Source: Paraglomus brasilianum
Taxonomy: Eukaryota
Assembly (NCBI GenBank): GCA_910592345.1
Contig: CAJVPI010000080.1
Span: 1-59,361 of the forward strand
Direction of reading: 5' to 3'
DNA: 59,361 nt
How positions within the stretch are numbered: position 1 is the first letter of the stretch; each line of letters begins with the position of its first letter. Below the pieces are notes generated by a model. That model made no database searches. It worked only from the letters and a program-made list of their open reading frames with translations, and was not told where the DNA came from. The position numbers were made by a program, and so were the translations under genes. Of this stretch, positions 25,117 through 38,154 are shown one piece after another.

Positions 25117-25367
25117 ATGTGCATATATTAATCTCTCCTCAATCTTCGCCGTAAGATTGCGCATGGACAGTTGTAACTGTACGCCATTGACTTAAGTTTG
25201 CATATCTGTATTTATACCAAAAAAGGTGTTATTTCCCTAATGCTTCTAAATTAGCACTTTATAACCGTAATACATAAATATAAGGTCCGACTGTCTAGAC
25301 TCTGCCCTGCCCACATTCCTTTTTTTTTTTGTTACTACAACACTCATTAATTAATACCACTCCCAAC

Positions 25368-26408
25368 ATGAAATCCCTCTTGACTCTCCTTTGCATATCT
25401 AGTTTGGCGATGGCCCAACTATGTGTAGACAACAGGGCTCCAAGCTTTCAGCCTAAAAATAAACCGTTAGGATGTTATGTTCTAAACAGAACTATGCCTG
25501 ACTCTTTAAATGGCCTTTCTTCCCTGAGTCGGCCTGATTTTAGTTTCTCTGACCCTTACGTGTTGGATAGAGACGGTTTACTCATGGATGAAGGATTATG
25601 TGTCGCTCATTGTGCTAATTATCTTTTCACGTTTGCAGCTCTTAGACGGGGCGAAGAATGTAGATGTGGAAAAGACGATGGATTGAAATCATACAAACTA
25701 GTCGACAACTCCCAATGCAATACAACATGTATTGGTAATAATACAAGTGCATGCGGAGGGCAAGAAGCTTATACAGTTTACGGCAATGTTACCGCCGAAT
25801 TACCAACCGTCAAAGTAACAAAAATAAGTATCGACGAAAAAATCAATGTTATTCGTGATCTCAACAATGACATATCGTATAAAGGCTGTATTCCAGATAG
25901 TCTTATCTGCCACCGAGAAACCTTAATGCAAGAGACCTTTGACATGAAAATAGAGACTTGCACAACATTTTGCAGAGGCCATGGTTTCCAAGACGCGGGG
26001 CTCGAGTCAGGAACTCGTTGCATTTGTATAAATAACTATGAATCTACGGATCTGCTACGTCCCGAAGAGTGTAGTTCCAGTTGTGCAGGAAATAGCTCGA
26101 CAATTTGTGGAGGACCCGAGGCCATTAGCGTATACGCTTCAGACAGAGTTGATCCTATAATCGATCATAGCTCACCATTGAAGCCATTAATATCTGCAAT
26201 TATAGCAGCAGTAACCGCATTGATTGCAGTACTAATTATTATACATCGTTCGCGTAAACGAATTGCGAGGTTTTGGGCTCGTTTACGTGGCAAGACTGAA
26301 CCCACGAACGCTGAGCTCACATATTCGGTTAAAAATCCTGATGTCGAGTCTACTCAACTTACAGACTCGACTACTCATCTTACTACAAGCTATAGTCAAG
26401 ATAAATAA
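25368..26408 (+). CDS. Single-pass membrane protein with signal peptide and two WSC carbohydrate-binding domains
   Basis: Signal peptide MKSLLTLLCISSLAMA. Two Cys-rich WSC repeats (LGCY..CVAHC..FAALRRGEECRCG..CNTTCIGN..ACGG..YTVY; YKGC..CTTFC..AGLESGTRCIC..CSSSCAGN..ICGG..ISVY). TM helix LISAIIAAVTALIAVLIII then basic HRSRKR. Intronless. Confidence 0.9.
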   Translation: MKSLLTLLCISSLAMAQLCVDNRAPSFQPKNKPLGCYVLNRTMPDSLNGLSSLSRPDFSFSDPYVLDRDGLLMDEGLCVAHCANYLFTFAALRRGEECRCGKDDGLKSYKLVDNSQCNTTCIGNNTSACGGQEAYTVYGNVTAELPTVKVTKISIDEKINVIRDLNNDISYKGCIPDSLICHRETLMQETFDMKIETCTTFCRGHGFQDAGLESGTRCICINNYESTDLLRPEECSSSCAGNSSTICGGPEAISVYASDRVDPIIDHSSPLKPLISAIIAAVTALIAVLIIIHRSRKRIARFWARLRGKTEPTNAELTYSVKNPDVESTQLTDSTTHLTTSYSQDK

Positions 26409-27160
26409 TCCAACCAAGAATAAATGGGCAAGCAATTTTATATAAGTTTTTCTAAGGCATGTGTTGTTAAGACAGGCAGAATGCAAAGCTTCTGTTGCAA
26501 CAAATACTGATAATAGAATTTATTATAGTTTCAATTTTTATATTCCGTCAAACAGATGTATCATCTCTTGACGAAAGGACAATGTGTTGTTTTATTTTAC
26601 TTGGTTTTTCTATCTTTCTATTTTTGCAGAAAGAAAATAGAAGCATTGTAATATAGAATTTTTCGATTTCTAAAATTATTTACTATCATTATTACTACTC
26701 GGCAATGTTTTACAGAACTGGAGCAGAACAATTGTATTGCGTTATTAGTAATTTAAATGCATCCCTGGTGGAAGACAATCGGCTAACAATAATATATTTT
26801 CTTCGAACACAAACGGCTGCTATTCATGTTTTCTTTGTTCTATATGAAATTATCAAACAATCTTGCAGCAGATTTGTAGGTTTATGGAATTTTCCGTAAA
26901 ATAAAGGAATTTGTTATTCCTTTCGATTTCTATGACAGATTGGACCAAAGGTAGAAGGAAGTGAGTTTAAACAGTTTAGCTAATATTGTAGATAGACGTA
27001 ACAAAATTACACAAACTGACGGATTGTTAGCATAATAAAATAGACGTCTTCTATAGCCATTTATGTAATAATCTGCCTGTAATACGGGTCCGGTTATTTC
27101 ATCAATAACCATATCGTCGATGCTACATTTTATGTAATACTGTACATTCATTGATTAATA

Positions 27161-27987
27161 GGGGGAGGGCAAAAGTATTGCACAGTCGTAATTTAATTAA
27201 TTTCATAAATTTTTTATATGAAATAAAAAACTAGCTTAGACCACTTACTTCATTAGTTGTCTAAATGAAATATTAATGTTTATTTAATATAACGTGTCAT
27301 AATGGACAGAATAATAAATTGGTAAAAAACCCAATTTTTTGCTTAAACTTAAAAAGAAATTTTATTTAAAGTAAATGACAATATTCAGTATTCCTCTATT
27401 GCAGCAATCACAGGTTGAATTTGGTAATAACAAGTTATGGTATAGTTTTCGCGGATGCGAATTTCATTCTTTTATATTTGCGAAGTTTTTAGTAGTAGGC
27501 TGCGAAAACTAGTTGAAACTGTTGTGCGACAGTATCTTACCAGTTACCGTGTTTCCTTGACTAAAGTACCCCCTCGAGCAAAGCAATTTTGAGGCCTGAT
27601 TTTGTAAAAGACCCGGGTACTAGTACTATTTTCGAAATAATTAACATTATACCCGGGTATTATGAACGGATAACCCCATTGTCATAGTAACTTTATCCAT
27701 ATATGTCCCTGATGAAGTACCCAGGGTATTATACAAAAATAGTAAAATATCCGGGGTACTTTAGTCAAGAAATACAGTAGTTTTTTTACCGGAATAAGCC
27801 CTACAGAAACTCATTTATGCGCCAAAGCAAAAAAATGGAGTTTATTTTTCTACTCACAATGACACGTTATATTATTAAATAAACCCTTAATATTTCATTT
27901 AGACAACTAATGAAGTAAGTGGTCCAAATTTAGTTTTTTTTTAAAATTTATGAAATTAATTAAATTACGACTATTTTTGGCCCCCCG
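27161..27987. mobile_element. Tc1/mariner-like MITE with ~160-bp imperfect terminal inverted repeats and TA flanks
   Basis: The left arm (GGGGGAGGGCAAAAG..AGTCGTAATTTAATTAATTTCATAAA..GACCACTTACTTCATTAGTTGTCTAAATGAAATATTAA..ATAACGTGTCAT) matches the reverse complement of ~27840-27987. TA at 27159-60 and 27988-89. Confidence 0.85.
27547..27777. mobile_element. Second, pogo-like MITE nested inside the element above
   Basis: TA|CCGTGTTTCCTTGACTAAAGTACCCC versus the reverse complement of the right end, TA|CTGTATTTCTTGACTAAAGTACCCC. Internal CCC(A/G)GGTA repeats. Confidence 0.8.
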
Positions 27988-29920
27988 TAGTTCTGTTAAT
28001 ATACATTTAATTGCAACTGGCTCGTTTTAAATCTATGAGTGCTAAAAAGTTTATCATTAAATAAGTATTCAAGCTGTCAAAAACTGCATTCATGGCCATG
28101 TATATTTTACCATATATACTGTAACTGCTAATGGTCTTATTAAGTTCAACGTTCGGTAATAATAATCCCAACTACGATTTACTAGTCTGATTTATGACTA
28201 GACAGACGTTGCCTACATCTGCTTATAATTTAATCACGTGTATGTATTAGAGAATTATTTTCAAATAGCCGGGATCGTTGCATGCAGAATATAGAACGTG
28301 CACTTTATTATTCAGTCACACCACAGAATAACACGCATTTAGGGGGATCGACTGTAGCTTATCAACTATAGCTATTGGACTGCGTATTGACTGACGATAT
28401 ATGATTAAACGTACTTATTAACAATTGTCTTTTGTTTAAATTTAATTAATAATACCCGTACTGGCCGAGCTAAAAATAGTAACTCCGTGATAAAGATTTT
28501 TGGAGAATACCCTCTTTGATGTGTGGTTTGCACGTTGGTGCAGACTTTCTCATTGCATATACTCCTTTTAGTCTTACCAGAAAGCGCATATCGTCATGAT
28601 TTTTGCTATCTTTTAATATATTACTTAATATCGCACTATTACTATGCAGATGCACGCCCATGTTAACTGCACATAAATTAAGTATATTAATATTGGGTGA
28701 TTTTCAATAAAAAAAGGGGGTACTAACTAATGTAGCAAACAGCATCGTTTGTAAGAACAATTTTGGCATTGCTGTCATTCGACCGCTCCAGTTCAGGACA
28801 GGAATGAGGAAAACTTCCCTGCGTATTGTGTATGGCAAACCCTGATCACCTGTAAAATTTTTCACAAATCCATATCGATTTGTGTGCCCTTTTTTTAATT
28901 TTCAATCTCTACGTGTTTATTCAGATGTGTGTGGTCGAATTGGAAGGAAATCGTTATTATACTTGGCAACAGACGGAATGATATTTATCAGTACCACCAT
29001 ATCGCATAGCGAACAAAATGAAAAAAGAATCACGAAATTTGATTAGAAAAGTGTCAAAATATGAATTTTTATTCTTTATGGCCGAAATCGCGAGATGGTG
29101 TTTAAAATTTTACAGGGATCAAGGTTCGTCATACACGTCTGTGCTAGAATATGTTGATCGTGCTTTGTTTGGTAGTGTCAATGATTATTGGCAGCGTGGA
29201 TATTTCAGGCCAATAACGAAGGTTTTAGAGCAAAGAGACTTACGACAGCAAATGATAATAATATAGGATGAATATTATCTATTGAAACGCTGTCTGTACC
29301 TTGGTTATATCCCACACGGAACTGAGGTAGGACTATAGTTTTGATCTATTCCCTCGCCTTATACCGAGGAACTTGTATCAACCATATCAGGCTCCCAGCA
29401 CACTTCCCAAGAATTACCCAGAATTAAAAATATAAACCCAACTTGCACGCATGCGAAAACTCACAAGGTAGTGTGGTCAATATGTGCAATGATAGATGTG
29501 TTCAGCGTGAGCATTTATGTCATAATAGTTATTAGATATGTAAAAGTATACACACGTAGTGACCGAAAATGTCCAAGAAAACTTCACAAAATTATACAAT
29601 AAAATGAATAGAGAATGAATAAGGCGGTCAGTCACTACAAGTATGCCTTATTATCTGCTTGTATAGAATTAAAAAGCAAGACATTGAAGAGAAGGGTGAA
29701 TAAAACATGAATAAAACTGTCAATAAGACAGTCAGTGTCCTTTACAATATATGCATATAAAGCGCTTGGAATTGGCATAAAGAATGTAAGACTATGTGCA
29801 AAATATTACGGTAGTAATATAACGATAATACATTAAATCTAATTATAATGCAGACCCAAATCATTCTAAATTAGTTCCTACCATCCGAAATTTTTCTCTC
29901 CTCTTCCTGTCTAGTCAATA

Positions 29921-32526
29921 TTATCTTCTCAACGCCCACATCAAGATACTTCCAACAGCCACGCCGACAGTAAATGATCCGCCAGAAATAAGCATATAAT
30001 CCTTGGCTATGTCTTCATTATTTCGAGGTATTTGGCTCCTTTCTGGCATTATTTTCTCCGGCATTTTAACGTCTAGCCTAATCAACAGCCATTGACTCCG
30101 TTTTGCCAATTGCAGAGCATTCGCAAGATCTTCATCACTTGATAACGCCACCTTGTCGTTCTCGTCATCAACGTAACTCACGTACACAACCGCCTCGGTT
30201 TTTAGCGTCATTTTCTGTTTAATTAACGTCAAAAGCTCACGATACTCCCTGCAAGTGGAGCCGAATCTATGCGTTTGTCCTGTCTGCGGATCTTTAAATT
30301 TATACATCATCGAACCAGGAATTGATACATCCACTTTTGAACTTGTTATAACCGAATATCGCCTACTTTCTGGCTTATGCTCTTCAGAGGATGGGGTCGT
30401 GGTTCTATTCGATACTTCTTTTATCGATGGCATATCGCCAGACCCACATGATAGGACTCGTTGATCGGAAAGGGTACGTTCCGATGAGGCATCTTCTAAG
30501 GAAACAGCATTCCAGAACTTACTCCAGACAGGTCCGTCGCCTTCTTGTCCTTCCATTTGTTGAAGCTGAGTAGTTGTCGAGACCAGTTGTGGAACCAACG
30601 TTGGTGAGCATGGTTCGGAAGTACGTGGAGAAGACGAAGGAGGCGTTGGGAGTGAAGATGGAGGGGGAGGTTTTGGATTAGACAGTTTGATAATTTTACG
30701 AGTAAATGTTTTGTAAGGATTAAGGGGTCTTTTGGAATTTGTAGGAATAGGAATTTTGCTCGGTTTACAATCCTTCAAAGGCATCAAAGGCTGCCCAGAA
30801 GTAGGACTATCAGGGGGTGTGAGCATAGGTTCACAAACAGAAATCGAAGGAATAGGCAAAGTACTAGAATGCGGAAGATATTCTAAAGAGTTTAAAGATA
30901 AAATGAGGTTGGGATTTACCGTTCTTAGGGTTGCATAAGTTAATTGTAGAATATCGACTATTCCAACAATGCCATTAGCTTTATCGAATAAAGGCAAATG
31001 TTGATAACGCCCCTCTGTGAAGAAAATAAGAGATTGTTGAGAATGGGGAAGGAAACCAGAGTATCACCAAACGAATAAAAATAGATTTATACCTTGCATG
31101 GTTCTGAGAGCATCGAGAATAGTTGTTTCTGGAGGTGCCGTATCTGGATTTGGCGTCATTACTCGCACTGCTGACGTTGTAGATGGTTCTAATTTTCCGG
31201 CAACAACTCTATAATCGAACAGGGATGAATGAATAAACAACATGCAAACAAATAAAAACAACGCCGATATTCTCTCGAGACGCGTGCCTTGCTTGGTCGA
31301 ACCAACATAAACTTGCAGCCATCTAACCGCAATATTACCTGACGACTAAATCCTTTGACGTAAAAATTCCAACTGTTCGACCATCTTCATCAAGAACAAG
31401 AACTGCCGTCTGATGCTTTTCCTTCATAACTCTTGCTATTTCTCTAACATTTGTTCGTATCGAGACTTCGGCCTGCGATTTAGAAGGATCCAGAATAGAC
31501 TGCAATTGAGGAAAGCCCAACTGTTCGCGGAGCACTCGTACGTAAGAAGCAACCTCGCGATTATGCGTTGCTTCAAAGTCCGACATTGTGTCAAGGACAT
31601 CGGATAACTGTTTTGTGGACCGATTTGCCCGTTCTAGTTTTGCGAGTGCATCTAGGAGACATTCGGTAATGTCTAGCATTCCGACTATTTTTTCGGTGCG
31701 GCTATCAGTTACGGGCTAGGTTAAAATAATGAAAAAGAGGGGATCAGATAAGATCAAATAGTTTACGAGCGGAGAGTGGAAGTAGCGGAAATATCTGATG
31801 ATCTCTCCGTATGCATTGACACTATAGCGCCTTTCAGACAATAACGTTTCCCACTCACCAAATGCCTGAACCCTCCATTGACCATTTCATTCAAAGCATC
31901 AGTGGCATTGTGTGAAGTAGTAACTGTACATGGATTTCTTGTCATGATCTCCCCGAGATATGTATTATGAGGATCTAAACCTTCCGCAATGACTCGGAAA
32001 GCAAGATCCTTGTCGGTCACTATACCCGAGAGTTGGTCGTTTACATCAGTCACCAGCACTGCGTCCGCCCTGTGAGCATAAAAGACAATGAGATTTGTGT
32101 GTGCAATGTAGAATAGGTATGAAGAGAAAACGTTGAATGGCCTTTACCTTTTTACAGTCATAAACCTCGCAGCATCATAAGCTGTCTCGCTTTCTGTGAA
32201 AAGTTAAAGATTTTGTTAGGTAAACGCATTCGTATTGTCCAGTTTTACATATCGGCACTCTGCATACCTGAGAGGATTATGGCAGCCAGTGGCCGCAAGT
32301 TACCGACTGTGCCACCTATCCTGGGTGGAGGAGTTTTGTCTCTGCCCCGTCTACTTGGTTTTAACTTTAGTAGTTCTTGTTCCGTCCTCTTTCTGATGCT
32401 CTCGTCTTTCTTTTGTGTTCGCCTCCGCGCTACATCAGTAGAGTGTGTGTCGGCCGCAGAGTTTAAACCGTCTCTTGATTCGGTACTTAATGTCCGTGCT
32501 CGGAAGGAAGTCGGAGCTTTTAACAT
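29921..32526 (-). CDS. CBS-CBS-PB1 protein with C-terminal TM anchor (S. pombe Mug70 / plant CBSCBSPB-like)
   Basis: ARRRTQKKDESIRKRTEQEL; GTVGNLRPLAA; four CBS repeats (LSGIVTDKDLAFRVIAEG..IMTRNP..GGFRHL; GIFTSKDLVVRVVAG..RVMTPNPD..GRYQHLPL); PB1 (YKFKDPQTGQTHRF..SYVDDENDKVALSSDEDL); C-terminal hydrophobic anchor. Confidence 0.9.
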
Positions 32527-33359
32527 TGTTGGTATAGTTTAGAAAATACGGATAAGGTTACAACAATTAATGGGAAAGTAGGAACTCGCTCTCTTTTATT
32601 ATGAGGGGAATTATATATTAGAGAGGAAGGTAAAATAAGATAATTTGGGTATTGAGATTGAGTGTATGCGGTGAAAGGAGTGTCTGAGTTTTGATGGACG
32701 AATTTATGGTAAGAACGGAGTTTGAGTTGTGCGCCAAGTAAAAGAAAGATGTTTTATTTCACGTGATATCAGATACTAAGTTTATCAGTATGAAGCAGTA
32801 TGAGCGAGCCATGCAGGAGTGTGTACTGTAATTGCCATTATTGTGACCATTTTAATATATTGTTTGCTATCTGCAAGCCATTGTATGTCATTGCGAGTAG
32901 TATTTCAATTGCGGCGGTATACGGAAAGAGATTGATAATAAATAGCCAGTGCACACAAAGAAATCTTAAATAAGATATCAATAAATGTCAATATACTATG
33001 ATGCCTTTGTGTCTTAACTTTATTATCTAATCTCAAAATGAACGGGTGGGGTGACATTGAGAGCAAATAAATATCGTCTTGACCTTATTCGTGGAACATG
33101 TCCCCCTACTAGTCTCATGTAATAATGTGCTAATATATAATGTCTCGGGTTTACCAATAAAATGAAACGTATGCGCCTTTTTACTTATTTACAATGTTGC
33201 ATTAAGTGAGTCATTAAGTTTGTATAACATCGATCCACGTGGCCCACGGAGATAACAAATCGGAAGTGAACTACGTTGGAAATTTCCTAAAAATAACACA
33301 AACGTCTAGCCGATTTCAGACTTCAACGCATCGAATTGGTAATGTCAAATAACCATTAA

Positions 33360-33403
33360 CCAATCAGAAACTGCAAGCATATCCAATACCTGCATTATAT
33401 AAA
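33360..33403 (+). promoter_or_regulatory. Putative core promoter (CCAAT boxes + TATA) of the GPI-protein gene
   Basis: CCAAT at 33360 and 33383; TATATAAA at 33396-33403, about 50 bp upstream of the ATG at 33453. Confidence 0.4.
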
Positions 33404-33452
33404 TACTTCAAGTCCACTGTTTGAAAACGAAGAAACATAGCCACTTTTCACA

Positions 33453-34106
33453 ATGCGCCTGAATCTCATCGCTACATTCATTACTGCATTAGCTGCCTCT
33501 GCTGTAGCTGACTTTAAATTCATAAAACCTAATTCTCAGTTCTATGTTGTCGCTAATGCTACCACCACTGTCACATGGGATTATTCTGGTGATGGTAAGA
33601 TGTCAAAATATCACATGGAAATTCCGTCCTCATACTCTTGCTAATACTAACTAACATGATTTCTCTCCGTACTATCATCATCAGTCCCGCAAGCCATCAG
33701 CATCCGTCTATCGAACAAAACTCCCAGCAACTCGACATTTGTTGGCGAGCAAGGTATAGTCGCGTCTGTCCCAGTTAGCAACAAACAATATGATTGGGCT
33801 GTACCAATAACACCAATCGGGGATAATTGGGTGCTCAAAGCATATCCGGTAGTTGCGGCTGCCAATTCAACTGCGCCGCCAGAGCCACTAGACGAGAGTG
33901 ACGAGTTTAGTATTAAACCCGTCGGTACTGATCCACCAAAAGATACAACTCCATCATCTCCCTCTTCTTCATCATCGCCTTCTTCTTCAAACTCTACTTC
34001 CAGTGGCGACAATAATAAGAGTTCAGGTGCTAGTGAAAGTGTAGTAAAAAGTCTAAGTTTCGCTGTCGGAATTATCGGAATTACTTTACTTAATAATTTA
34101 TTCTAG
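33453..34106 (+). CDS. Secreted Ser/Thr-rich GPI-anchored protein (Kre9/Knh1-like N-terminal domain)
   Basis: Signal peptide; FIKP..VTW..ISIRL..YDW..SDEFSI pattern; Ser-rich stalk; SSGA omega-like site and hydrophobic tail. One intron, 33595-33684, joins the exons in frame. Confidence 0.85.
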
Positions 34107-34401
34107 ATCATGCGAAATTAGATAGTACTTAATATTGTCCACCAGACCCAATGAACGATAATGTTGCTATAGTAATAGTAAATAATAAAAATGTGGTGTC
34201 ATAATGGTAGACATAATCAGTATGAATTGTCTTTTTTGTTCTCGTCAATGGCGTTACGATTCGATGCAGTGTTATTGCCACGCAATAATTCAAGTTCAAA
34301 GTCTTAATTAAGACAAGGGATTCATTATACGGATACAACGAATCACGGAATAGGTTTGTGATTTACAAGGGTTGGAGGTTTCTGTGTACGTAAATCAGGT
34401 A

Positions 34402-34524
34402 ATCATTGGCTGAGGTTAAACCACTGAGGCTAATGCTATCAAGTTCAATCTGATATGCAATTATCATTGGCTGAGGTTAAACTATTGAGGCTAATGCTAT
34501 CAAGTTCAATCTGATATGCAATTA
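34402..34524. repeat. 61-bp direct tandem duplication (2 near-identical copies)
   Basis: ATCATTGGCTGAGGTTAAAC(C/T)A(C/T)TGAGGCTAATGCTATCAAGTTCAATCTGATATGCAATT at 34402 and 34463. Confidence 0.9.
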
Positions 34525-36753
34525 TTATATCAGAAACATAATCGTACCATGACAAATTTTAATCTGATCTGTGTGAATGTAATAGTTGTTATTCCGTCAT
34601 TCATTCATTGGCAGAAATCGGATCGAAACTTTTTCGGGTTTGCAACCTTGTATTTACCTGCAGATGTACGGCAGGATGCAGAATGGAGTCATAGATGCAT
34701 ATTAGATTTATCATTTACAAGATTTGATGAAAAATTTTCTATGGAAATGTTGGCGTTGCAAGGAGTAAGGTGGCAGGGTAGAATGTTTTCAGATACGCAG
34801 CCTTGCTTCATGTTGTCAGATAAGTCATGTAAATTCACGAGACAAAATTTTACCTTGTATATTAGATCATGTTCCTCTGACGTCAAAATCGTATCTGAAG
34901 ATGTGACTAATAGCACGATTATCAAGATGCGTCCATCAATTATTTTGATCTGCCATGCACAATCATGAGAGCGTCAACACTACTGGACGTCATACTGATA
35001 TCCGCAGTCCACTCATATTCCGTATTTTTCTGACCACCCGATATTGATTTCTTGAAAAGATTGTCTGTGGCGCAAATCACATAACTTTTATTTTCGGAGC
35101 ACATGGAACAGCAAATTCTATCATTCAAAATTACACACAATCACATGACATCAATTATTGACGTGCATTTAATAATAAACAATTGTTTTGTACAAGTGGC
35201 TATTTTAGATCTGGATTGTGCAGACGTATTATAAATACACTGAAAGCTAATGTCTATAGCCACAGTCAATGCATAACAGAAATTAGTTAACCTTTTTAAT
35301 AATAGCAAACTGTTAATTGGATTTATTAACACGCACGACAAATTCTTTTCCGCCCGTAGTTCCAAAATCTTATTTATAATGGGCTTCTTATGGGCTAAAT
35401 TTTAACTCCGGGTGTGTTAAAATCATAATATTCATGTCAAATAAAATAATACAAACGGTAGTGAAATTAAATTAGAATTATTGTTTACGATTGTTAACTG
35501 GACCCATTCACTAGGAGCCATTGAGAACAAATATAAAAATCCTAAAAAAACGCGTCGAAATTTTATAATTAATACTGAAAAGAGGACGCATGAGAGAAAC
35601 CACTCTTAAAGTGGTCAATTATTGGTTTTTCAAAGACGGTGCTACAAACGCCAGCATCGAATATTGCCTTTTTATTAACCAAATAACGGAATTAAGGAAT
35701 GTGAAGCCTATATTCAAACGATATGGCGTTTTAAGAAAGACAGGACCAAAAACTCCAGAGACGAGAATTATTGTAAATAGAAATTTTGATATGCCACGTA
35801 AGAAATTGTCGATATACGAAAAAAAATTTTTTTATTGGGCCCGACCACTTCATTATCGAGAGTCGCTTGTGGGGGAGGGTTTTTTTTAGGATTAGCATCG
35901 CCATAAATTGTAATGACGAAAAAACCGATCATGTTGCCCGACCTTTGATTCAAAATTAAAATGCACAAGTTATTTTTGACATAGTTGATGAGGTGCCGAA
36001 AGCTCAGACGATTATTGCAAGGTTTTATTAACAGATACCATCAGAGATATCAGTCCGTGATTAAATTGGTCATGCATCAGAACACTCGCGCGTATTTTAC
36101 ACAAATTCGCATGAACAAATGAAATTTAATCTTGACTGAGCATCCTCCCAACAGATGATTTACAGCTTCCAGATTAGTTTTCCAGTGGCTTTTGTAATAA
36201 ATCCATGCAGCGAATTACTTGAGTAAACTACTCGCTTTGACAAAACATGTCGCGTTGTGTATTATCAAGGTAAGCTAGATGGTAATACATCATTCTCTTC
36301 ACTAGTTCCGCATTATGCATATGTGGAATAATCTTTTGAATTTAAATCAATCCGATTCGATCTTGTCTGCGAAAACGTTCTAGTCTGCTGAACGGAAAGG
36401 AAAAAGTCCAAATGATGGCGCACAATCGTGAGTACAATTATGTGTTCTCAACGAAATACTTAGTCTACTCGGTTATATATGTATAAAGTCCCAAGATCCA
36501 TCACTCTGTTCTGGTTAAACTCATCTGTTATACATACAAACAACCCTTCCGCTAATCCGGAATATCCGCTTTCATTACACAGCATTTGCCTTTTTACAGG
36601 TATATCGATTTCATAAATTGCAGAGCAATTTGATGAGAAAGTTATGATAGCAAAGAGTTATTACACATCACAGTAAGACATATCATTATCATTAACTACA
36701 AAACTTTTCTAATAAACTTTGATTAAAAATCACGAATATATTACAAACTCGTC

Positions 36754-37776
36754 CTATAAATGCCCAAACTCTAGTAAAATCGGGGAAAACATTCCTATGA
36801 CAACCGCCGTAACAACTCTCCCTGGCAGTTTACTCGTATGTCCTCTCTCCGAACCATTTAAATCCTTCATCACATGCATAGCAACATATAAAAACGTTCC
36901 ACCAGAAAAAAGCAACAACACCGCAGTCCACCACAGTGCTTTTGTCGTCCCCATATCTCCTCCTATGTTTCCTAGTAAAATATATGTCAGTATTGCTGTA
37001 GTCGGAGCAGATGCCGAAAATATTGCTACGCGTCTCCTAATTTGTCGACGACCAAGTCCTTCGCGGAGCAGCACAGCACATAAACCAAAGGCAGATGGTG
37101 CTTTGTGAAGCATGATTGCGAGGAAGACTATCAGCTCCAGCTTTGGTTGATTTGCCGATGCACCCAGGGCAATGCCATCTGCTGCTGCATGAATGACTAG
37201 ACCAATTGTTATTGATGACAACTTGCGTTTTGGAGTTTCTAATTCGGATGACATATCCAAATGCTCGGGAGAAGCTGGGTCGGGAAATTCAGAAGTATAA
37301 ACGTGAGAGTGAGGAGCGCCGATTTGATCGATGAGGAACATTAGGACGAATCCAAAGATCAAGGATAGGCCAACATAACGGTGAGACGAGTTTTCGTGAG
37401 AATGATTCGGAGGAGGGGACAACAGAGATGCATTCTCGTCGTCAGCGTCAAAGCCAAGGTCGTCACGTCGTTTCATGGAATTAGTTGTTGTCTCGTCGGA
37501 AGAATCCGCTGGCGTTGGAGCATTTGGATATTCAGCTAGATGAGGTGATATTTCTCTATTCAGTGTGTCCTTTGAAAATTCTATACTGTACAGTGTTTCT
37601 ATACCCTCAGGAATAATAACAACTAGACTCGTTCCCACGAGTAATCCAATGCCAAGAGCTGAGGTAATCCTCAAGCGTTCTTCAGACAACTGGAAAAATA
37701 ACGGAATACTTCCTGCAAGAAAGGATCCCGCAAACATTACGGCTGATAAAAGAAACAAAGGTATTAATATTTCCAT
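36754..37776 (-). CDS. SLC39A9: ZIP-family zinc/manganese transporter, ZIP9/ATX2 subfamily
   Basis: Intronless 340-aa ORF with MFAGSFLAGSIPL, GIGLLVGTSLVVIIPEG, TIGLVIHAAADGIALGA, FLAIMLHKAPSAFGL and LLFSGGTFLYVAMHV. Confidence 0.93.
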   Translation of the reverse strand: MEILIPLFLLSAVMFAGSFLAGSIPLFFQLSEERLRITSALGIGLLVGTSLVVIIPEGIETLYSIEFSKDTLNREISPHLAEYPNAPTPADSSDETTTNSMKRRDDLGFDADDENASLLSPPPNHSHENSSHRYVGLSLIFGFVLMFLIDQIGAPHSHVYTSEFPDPASPEHLDMSSELETPKRKLSSITIGLVIHAAADGIALGASANQPKLELIVFLAIMLHKAPSAFGLCAVLLREGLGRRQIRRRVAIFSASAPTTAILTYILLGNIGGDMGTTKALWWTAVLLLFSGGTFLYVAMHVMKDLNGSERGHTSKLPGRVVTAVVIGMFSPILLEFGHL

Positions 37777-38154
37777 TGTATAATGTGATTTTTGTTGAGT
37801 TACTGTTTTGTGGGAGACCGAGCGAGCTCTGGGGAAAAGAACTTGCGGCTCGTGACGTCATCAGGTAATTGCGGGTACACAAACACGAAACTGTTTTGCT
37901 AAAAGGTTCATGCGCGAGCGATATCATGACTTTTGCAAATTGTTAATATTACTAATTTCGAAATACCAAACCAATCGTTTCTTTTCTTATAAATTGTACT
38001 TGACTACTTCCGAATAATTGACAAACCTTCCAATGGGATCTTTTCTGCATCCTCCATTATTAAAAAATGCAAGCATGTTGGATGTTCGGCTTGATATTTA
38101 TGGTTTACAACTATTACTGTTTTGGTTGTTGTCCGGATTCTTTAAATTTTAAAC

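Noticed and set aside
28798..28853. Possible box C/D snoRNA (ACAGG-A-ATGAGGA...CTGA..CCTGT)
   Set aside because: Box C is mismatched and I could not identify an rRNA/snRNA-complementary guide. A snoscan/Rfam search would be needed.
34516..35365. Chain of short ORFs on both strands
   Set aside because: No recognisable motif or consistent splice model. Possibly a decayed gene, but not supportable.
36719..37108. Antisense ORFs overlapping real genes (also e.g. 15558-15878, 33647-34012, 49573-49905)
   Set aside because: They are shadows of the coding strand with no independent coding signal.
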